From: Candidatus Sumerlaeia bacterium
GTDB taxonomy: Bacteria > Sumerlaeota > Sumerlaeia > SLMS01 > JANRJK01
Assembly: GCA_033764015.1 (NCBI GenBank)
Contig: JANRJK010000039.1
Span: 1-64,000, forward strand
DNA length: 64,000 bases
Reading direction: 5' to 3'
Part shown: positions 59,601-64,000 of the stretch, one piece after another
Layout of the letters: each line of letters starts with the position of its first letter
Position numbering within the stretch: the first letter of the stretch is position 1
Program-made: the position numbers and the translations under genes
The notes under the pieces: generated by a model
Told to the model about the DNA's origin: nothing
Databases searched by the model: none
Seen by the model: the letters and a program-made list of their open reading frames with translations, nothing else

Positions 59601-60075
59601 TTTCCGTGCGCATGATGACCGATGCGTCGAACGTCGGCCAGTCGATGAACTGCAGGAGCGGGGAGTAGTGCTCGAAGTGGATCCGCACCGTCTCGAAGTC
59701 GAATTCGCTCCATGCCTTGCCGCGCACCACGGCGTGCTGGAAGGGATCCGCCGGCGTCACCAGGTCCTGGTACCAGCCATGGAGGCGCTGCGAGCGGATC
59801 GAATTCGAGCCCTCGAAGGCGGTGGCCGGGTCGGTGTCGAACACCGCGAGGCGGAACTGGCTCCAGCCCGCAGGCAGCCCCGCCGTCGTCAGCGCCTCGA
59901 AGCCCGGGTTGACGATTTCGGGATTCGCGAGGAACCGCGGCTTCGGCATCGGATTGTTGCGCAGCGCGGCCACCGTGGAGCGCAACCGGTCCCACCCCTC
60001 CTCTCCGGCCGGAGGCTCCTGCGCCGGAACGGAGCCCGCGAGCAGCGCCGCGCACAGCTGCAGCGCGCGCCTCAC
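56635..60075 (-). CDS. Large secreted multidomain protein (CBM-like, clan GH-A-like barrel, LVIVD-like propeller)
   Basis: GTG start overlaps the nth stop; signal peptide; VNPGFE…PAGW CBM-like start; IYAVDEP, VDLYPY and WLTPQAF barrel motifs; C-terminal propeller-like repeats; ends TGWRLE*. Confidence 0.65.
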   Translation of the reverse strand: MRRALQLCAALLAGSVPAQEPPAGEEGWDRLRSTVAALRNNPMPKPRFLANPEIVNPGFEALTTAGLPAGWSQFRLAVFDTDPATAFEGSNSIRSQRLHGWYQDLVTPADPFQHAVVRGKAWSEFDFETVRIHFEHYSPLLQFIDWPTFDASVIMRTETGGWGDFWTLHRMPEGSSTAQLFPASRYSRTFVRYDNLELLREGAPPFDGERWALAGGAALEGGRLELAAGSSATATVVQGRLFERYFTLLRATSADGSEIVATATPLRRSSADADAPRSATATIPGGGVPTQRVLAFDPTPRNVSGLSELRIEALSGAAEIEALARGFLLVEPSEWTVGSTSPDDDLVVTAALPGLLTTGTLELVDAARGVARPLAAEALGTTLRARLPVAEAPGAGSWTIRARLEGTGFDPFTLEAPVAIVEAPAGTAAPPPFRLGDFPNGAFMWFLATDEPGYITRAIRAAKEDGFDFGMLIVRADQLAEVREAVDAESFPFLLSMDDITRLFSNRLYDDSFSSEWYTSEARALAAPVSGSPHFMGIYAVDEPFGDRAFRRLRRVQLAAAQDPVLKNAFAIHAPAYIDAADLSLIDSPVHIVDLYPYDSGIQMPDPDILFDFQDELEGYAAAAAAAGKDLWLTPQAFVSLEQQHIRAVKPSAIRAHLGAGLAAGIKGTLSFTWTSIFGREGIRDFDLERTSVAAPFVEFHKMTDRLGPLLQSLALPTRVAGVPRPLIASRTSDADGSYAWFVNADGDRSVAVEFTADSDWFAPPRDLVGGRVASGLGGGRWRIELPPGEFALVDFGEGGLLAVESVETDAGAQPCEFDLPVTHTVPVRAPFGSPTWPERIEYDTARRLVAVSALTDLDQIPPRVFELLDGGAVRQFTGPTRYAASQWFFANGGIVGTSTMTGLRFHSPAEFESAPTAEFYAFTGGALDALADGERWWVTTRELGLRRLSLGPEGFAREAAYLAPEGTFQDVFGPFADGAVLVAVEDFGLDYVPADSLSQEDHERLEIPRLKAWGDIEPGSRRLAFARRNRGAVVVDLAEDGRPLDYAPLAEELVDASAVAWLAPEVLAVADGVYAVHFYHVPPSGTVRHVGCWEPPPAANGFRYIRALAASDGTLVAGLQDGRALVVDASEVVRAALAPTGWRLE

Positions 60076-60800
60076 GCGGATTCCCTCGATGGGCAGAGCC
60101 CGCCCAGCGGGCACTCGCCGCAGGCGGGCTTCCGCGCCTTGCACGTCCTGCGCCCGTGGAGGATCACCGCGTGGCTGAAATGCGAGTAGCGCTCCGGCGC
60201 GAGCAGCGCCGCCACGTCGAACTCGATCTTCTCCGGATCGTCCTCCTTCGTCAGGCCGAGGCGGTGCGAGATGCGTGTGAAGTGCGTGTCCACCGTGATC
60301 GCCGGCATCCCGAAGGCGTTCGCGCGCACCACGTTCGCCGTTTTGCGGGCGACGCCGCGTAGCGTCAGCAGCTCCTCCATCGCGGCGGGCACGCGGCCGC
60401 CGAAGCGCTCCTCGACGCCGCGCGCCATCTCGCGGATCGCCTTCGCCTTGTTGTTGAAGAAGCCTGTGCTGTGGATCGCCTCCTCCAACTCCCCCGGAGG
60501 CGACTCCGCGAAAGCGCGCGGCGACGGGTATCTCTTGAAAAGGCCGGGCGTGACCATGTTCACGCGCTCGTCGGTGCACTGCGCGGAGAGGATCGTCGCG
60601 ACCACCAGCTCGAAGGCGTTCGAGTAGTGCAGCGCGCAGGTGGCGTCGGGGAACTCGCGGAGCAGGACATCCGCCACGGCGCCGGCGCGCTCCACCAGCG
60701 GCCTGCGCGGCTTGCGCTCGGCGATGGCCCCGCGCAGCCGCGCGTCCAGCTCCGGCCAGCGGGGCGACGAGGCCTGCGGGGGAGCCTTACGCGCCGGCAC
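60072..60800 (-). CDS. nth: Endonuclease III
   Basis: LVVATILSAQCTDERVN, HhH motif LRGVARKTANVV, VDTH and Fe-S motif C-x6-C-x2-C-x5-C. Confidence 0.95.
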   Translation of the reverse strand: MPARKAPPQASSPRWPELDARLRGAIAERKPRRPLVERAGAVADVLLREFPDATCALHYSNAFELVVATILSAQCTDERVNMVTPGLFKRYPSPRAFAESPPGELEEAIHSTGFFNNKAKAIREMARGVEERFGGRVPAAMEELLTLRGVARKTANVVRANAFGMPAITVDTHFTRISHRLGLTKEDDPEKIEFDVAALLAPERYSHFSHAVILHGRRTCKARKPACGECPLGGLCPSRESA

Positions 60801-62535
60801 GGGCCGCCCTCCGGGCTCGCGCGAACGAGAGGAAGCCTTCCGCGGAGAGGCAGTTCAGGCAGCGCTCGCGCGTCAGCCACCCCTTCCGGCCCTGCGCGAT
60901 GGCGAAGTTGACGTTCTCGAGCCCCGCCACTGTGTGCGCGTCCGCCGTCACCGCGATCCACACGCCCTCGTCGAGCGCGAACTTCACCAGCGTCCAGTCC
61001 AGCTCGAGCCGGTGCGGATCGCCGTTGATCTCGATCGCGACGCCTTCGCGCGCGCAGGCGCGGATCACCTCGCGCTCGTCGCACTTGATCCCGTCGCGCT
61101 TCAGGAGCAGGCGCCCCGTCATGTGCCCCACCACGGTCAGGAACGGATTCGCGGCCGCCGCGACGAGGCGCGCCGTCTGCTCCTCCGGCGAGAGCTGGAA
61201 GTGCTGGTGGATCGAGCCCACGATGAAGTCGAAGCGCGCGAGCGTCTCCTCGTCGTAGTCGAGGCGCCCGTCCGCGAGGATGTCGCTCTCGATGCCCTTC
61301 AGCAGCCGCACGCCGCGACCCTCCCCGTTGATGCGGTCGATCTCCGCGTGCTGGGCGGCGACGCGGTCGGGCTTCAGGCCGCCGGCGTAGAAGGCCGTCT
61401 GCGAATGGTCCGTGATGCCCATCCACTCGACCCCCGCGGCGCGCGCCCACGTGGCGTAGTCCTCCAGCTTCGGCGCGCCGTCGCTCCAGTTCGTGTGCAT
61501 GTGGAGCATCCCGCGCACGTCGCCCCGTTCGAGCAGGCGGGGAAAGTCCGCCGCCGCCGCGTGCTCGATCTCGCCGCGGTCCTCGCGCAGCTCCGGCGGG
61601 ACGAAGCGGAGGCCGAGGTGGGCGAAGACCGCCGCCTCGTCCGCCGCGGGAAGCGGCGCAGACCCGTCCTCCGGGTGCAGGCCGTACTCGTTCATGCGCA
61701 GGCCGCGGTCCTTCGCCAGCCGGCGCATCGCCGTGTTGTGCTCCTTGCTGCCCGTGAAGTGGTGCAGCGCGTAGGGGAACTGCGCGGGGGGGACGCAGCG
61801 CAGGTCCGCCTGGAGTCCCGACTCGAGGACGATGGAGGACTTCGCCTCGCCGTGCCCGAGCACGCGCTGCCGGTCCGGATAGTTGACAAAGGCAAGCATC
61901 ACCGCGGCGGGGTCTTCCGTCTCCGCGACGAAGTCGAGGTCCTTGACCGTTTCGCGCCAGCGCCGCAGCGAACCGGCCACCTCCGCGCGCGAGACCGCCT
62001 TGAGCCCGCGCAGGTAGCGCAGCACCGGATTCGCCGCGGCCCAGGCGCGGTCGAGCCGGACGCGCCCGTGGTTGGCGCGGAGCTGCGCGATCGAAAGCAG
62101 GAGGTTCTCCACGGTCTTCTTGCCGAAGCCCCGCAGCTCCGCGAGCCGCCCGTCCTTCGCCGCCTCCTCCAGGCCGTCCAGCGTCGTCACGCCGAGCTCC
62201 TGCCAAACCGACCGGATCTTCTTCGGGCCGAAGCCGTTGATCTTCGACAGTTCGACGAGCGTCGCGGGAACGCGCAGCCGCAGCTCGTCCAATTCGGCGA
62301 TGGCGCCGGTGCGCAGGTACTCGTCGATCTTCTCGGCCAACCCCTTGCCGACGCCGTCGATCTCCGTCAGGCGCCCCTCCGCGGCGAGCGCGCGCAAGTC
62401 GCCTTCGAACTCCGCCACGGCGCGCGAGCCCTTCTCGTGGGCGGCCACCTTGAAGGAGTTCGCGCCGTCGAGCTCCAGCAGCGCGGCCATCTCGCCGAGC
62501 CTCTTCGCCAGCATCAACACGTTCGCGTCCGCCAC
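60787..62535 (-). CDS. polX: DNA polymerase X / PHP fusion
   Basis: AGSLRR…KDLD, ADLR and FTGSKEHN; PHP motifs HMHT, TDHS and DAH. Confidence 0.93.
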   Translation of the reverse strand: MADANVLMLAKRLGEMAALLELDGANSFKVAAHEKGSRAVAEFEGDLRALAAEGRLTEIDGVGKGLAEKIDEYLRTGAIAELDELRLRVPATLVELSKINGFGPKKIRSVWQELGVTTLDGLEEAAKDGRLAELRGFGKKTVENLLLSIAQLRANHGRVRLDRAWAAANPVLRYLRGLKAVSRAEVAGSLRRWRETVKDLDFVAETEDPAAVMLAFVNYPDRQRVLGHGEAKSSIVLESGLQADLRCVPPAQFPYALHHFTGSKEHNTAMRRLAKDRGLRMNEYGLHPEDGSAPLPAADEAAVFAHLGLRFVPPELREDRGEIEHAAAADFPRLLERGDVRGMLHMHTNWSDGAPKLEDYATWARAAGVEWMGITDHSQTAFYAGGLKPDRVAAQHAEIDRINGEGRGVRLLKGIESDILADGRLDYDEETLARFDFIVGSIHQHFQLSPEEQTARLVAAAANPFLTVVGHMTGRLLLKRDGIKCDEREVIRACAREGVAIEINGDPHRLELDWTLVKFALDEGVWIAVTADAHTVAGLENVNFAIAQGRKGWLTRERCLNCLSAEGFLSFARARRAARAGA

Positions 62536-62539
62536 CGCC

Positions 62540-64000
62540 TCAGACCTTTCCGCCGCGCGCCGCTTGCAGGAGGTAGCGCCCCGTCACGCTTTCCGGCACC
62601 GCCGCCACCTGCTCCGGCGTGCCCTCGGCGACCACGCGGCCGCCGAACTTGCCGCCGCCCGGGCCCATGTCCACGATGTAGTCGGCGCGGCGAAGGAACT
62701 CAAGGTGATGCTCGATCACCAGCAGCGAAAAACCGCTCTCCAGCAGCCGGTCGAACACTTCCAGCAGCGTCTCCAGGTCCGACGGGTGGAGCCCCGTGGT
62801 CGGCTCGTCGAAGAGCAGCAGCGTGCCGCGCTGCTTCTCCGCCGCCGCCAGGTGCCCTGCGATCTTCAGCCGCTGCGCCTCGCCCCCGGAAAGCGTCGAG
62901 GTGCTCTGCCCGAGCCGCAGGTAGCCGAGCCCAACGTCGGCGAGTGGCTTCAACCCCGCCTCGATCTTGCGGTCGCCGGCGAAGAACGCGAGCGCCTCGC
63001 GCACCGTCATCGCGAGGATCTCGTTCACGTTCTTCTCCTTCCATCGGATGTCGAGCACGCGTTCCTGGAAGCGGGCGCCGTCGCACTTCTCGCAGGTCAC
63101 CTCGACGTCCGCGAGGAACAGCATCTCCACCGTCTGCGTGCCGGTGCCTTCGCAGGTTTCGCAGCGCCCGCCGGGCACGTTGAAGGAGAAGTCGCCCGGC
63201 TTGAGCCCGCGCGCCTTCGCTTCGCGCGTCGCGGCGAGCAGCGCGCGGATCTGGTCGTACGCCTTCAGGTACGTCGCCGCGTTGCTGCGGGTGCTGCGGG
63301 AGAGCGGCGACTGGTCGACAAGCACCATGTCGGCGACCCGGTCCAGTCCCGCGATGCGGGCCACGCGTCCCGTCTCCACGTCCGTGTCGCCCCGCTCGCG
63401 GCGGTAGTTGCCGTAGAGGCAGGCCTTGAGCAGCGTCGACTTCCCGCTCCCGCTCACGCCGGAGAGGCACCCGAGCACGCCGAGCGGCAGCCGGACCGTC
63501 AGGTTGCGGAGATTGTTCTCCTCCGCCCCCTCCACCGTGATCCAGCCGGTCGGCTTGCGGCGCCCGTGCGCGTCCTCCGCGGCGGCGTCCTTGGCCGGCT
63601 TGCCGCGCCGGCGACCCGCGAGTCCCGCGTCCAGGTACTTCGCCGTGACCGATTCGCCCGGCGAGGCGAGCAGGGCCTTCGGCGTGCCTTGGAACAGGAG
63701 GCGCCCGCCGCGTTCGCCCGCCTCCGGGCCGATGTCCAGCAGCCAGTCCGCCTCGCGCATCACTTCGAGGTCGTGCTCCACCAGCACCACCGTATTGCCG
63801 AGCTCCACCAGCGAGCGGAGGATGCGCACCAGCCGGTCTGTGTCCACCGGGTGCAGGCCGACCGTCGGCTCGTCGAGCACGTAGAGCGTCTCCGTGAGCG
63901 CGCTGCCGAGCGCCGTGGCGAGGTTGATTCGCTGCGCCTCGCCGCCGCTCAGCGTGCGGGTCGCGCGCGCCAGCGTCAGGTACGAGAGGCCGACCTCGTT
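62540..64000 (-). CDS. uvrA: Excinuclease ABC subunit UvrA (5'-truncated by window edge)
   Basis: LSGGEAQRINLA…LDEPTVGLHP, GVSGSGKSTL, FSFNVPGGRCETC and LSGGEAQRLK…DEPTTGLH. The frame stays open to the window end. Confidence 0.93.
   Translation of the reverse strand, partial: NEVGLSYLTLARATRTLSGGEAQRINLATALGSALTETLYVLDEPTVGLHPVDTDRLVRILRSLVELGNTVVLVEHDLEVMREADWLLDIGPEAGERGGRLLFQGTPKALLASPGESVTAKYLDAGLAGRRRGKPAKDAAAEDAHGRRKPTGWITVEGAEENNLRNLTVRLPLGVLGCLSGVSGSGKSTLLKACLYGNYRRERGDTDVETGRVARIAGLDRVADMVLVDQSPLSRSTRSNAATYLKAYDQIRALLAATREAKARGLKPGDFSFNVPGGRCETCEGTGTQTVEMLFLADVEVTCEKCDGARFQERVLDIRWKEKNVNEILAMTVREALAFFAGDRKIEAGLKPLADVGLGYLRLGQSTSTLSGGEAQRLKIAGHLAAAEKQRGTLLLFDEPTTGLHPSDLETLLEVFDRLLESGFSLLVIEHHLEFLRRADYIVDMGPGGGKFGGRVVAEGTPEQVAAVPESVTGRYLLQAARGGKV

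Noticed and set aside
60787..62535. Possible catalytically altered PolX
   Set aside because: The DxD (KDLD) and third Asp (ADLR) are intact, as are the PHP metal ligands, so it is canonical.
1..64000. CRISPR arrays, tRNA, rRNA, transposases
   Set aside because: I saw no regularly spaced repeats, cloverleaf or T-loop signatures, rRNA motifs or DDE/HUH ORFs by eye.

Overview
A 64 kb window of very GC-rich chromosomal DNA from a diderm bacterium (lpxK, lipoproteins, cdaA-cdaR, futalosine-type UbiA/MqnP). The gene mix and the style of the prepilin and secreted proteins suggest Candidatus Sumerlaeota (BRC1) or a related lineage; this is an inference, not a database result. It holds about 48 densely packed CDSs. 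Many are housekeeping genes: recF, msrAB, glgA, aspartate aminotransferase, plsY, lpxK, ftsY, pdxJ, cdaA/cdaR, ychF, mtnA, nth, polX and uvrA. They are interleaved with many secreted or lipoprotein genes and a small starch/glycogen-related cluster. The window opens with the 3' end of a tyrosine recombinase. Strongest leads: (1) four unrelated signal-peptide proteins end in the same terminal pentapeptide G-[WL]-x-[LVI]-x-stop, a candidate undescribed C-terminal sorting signal; (2) a ~300-nt multi-stem RNA on the minus strand at 222-520, next to the integrase, that I cannot assign to a known family; (3) a GspE/PilB-family ATPase fused to a signal peptide, a periplasmic domain and a TM helix; (4) phased LytTR boxes between a LytS/LytTR pair and a divergent secreted-protein/pilin operon; (5) an IcmF-type mutase barrel lacking its B12 and GTPase domains. 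I recognised no rRNA, tRNA or CRISPR array. All assignments come from motif reading by eye.
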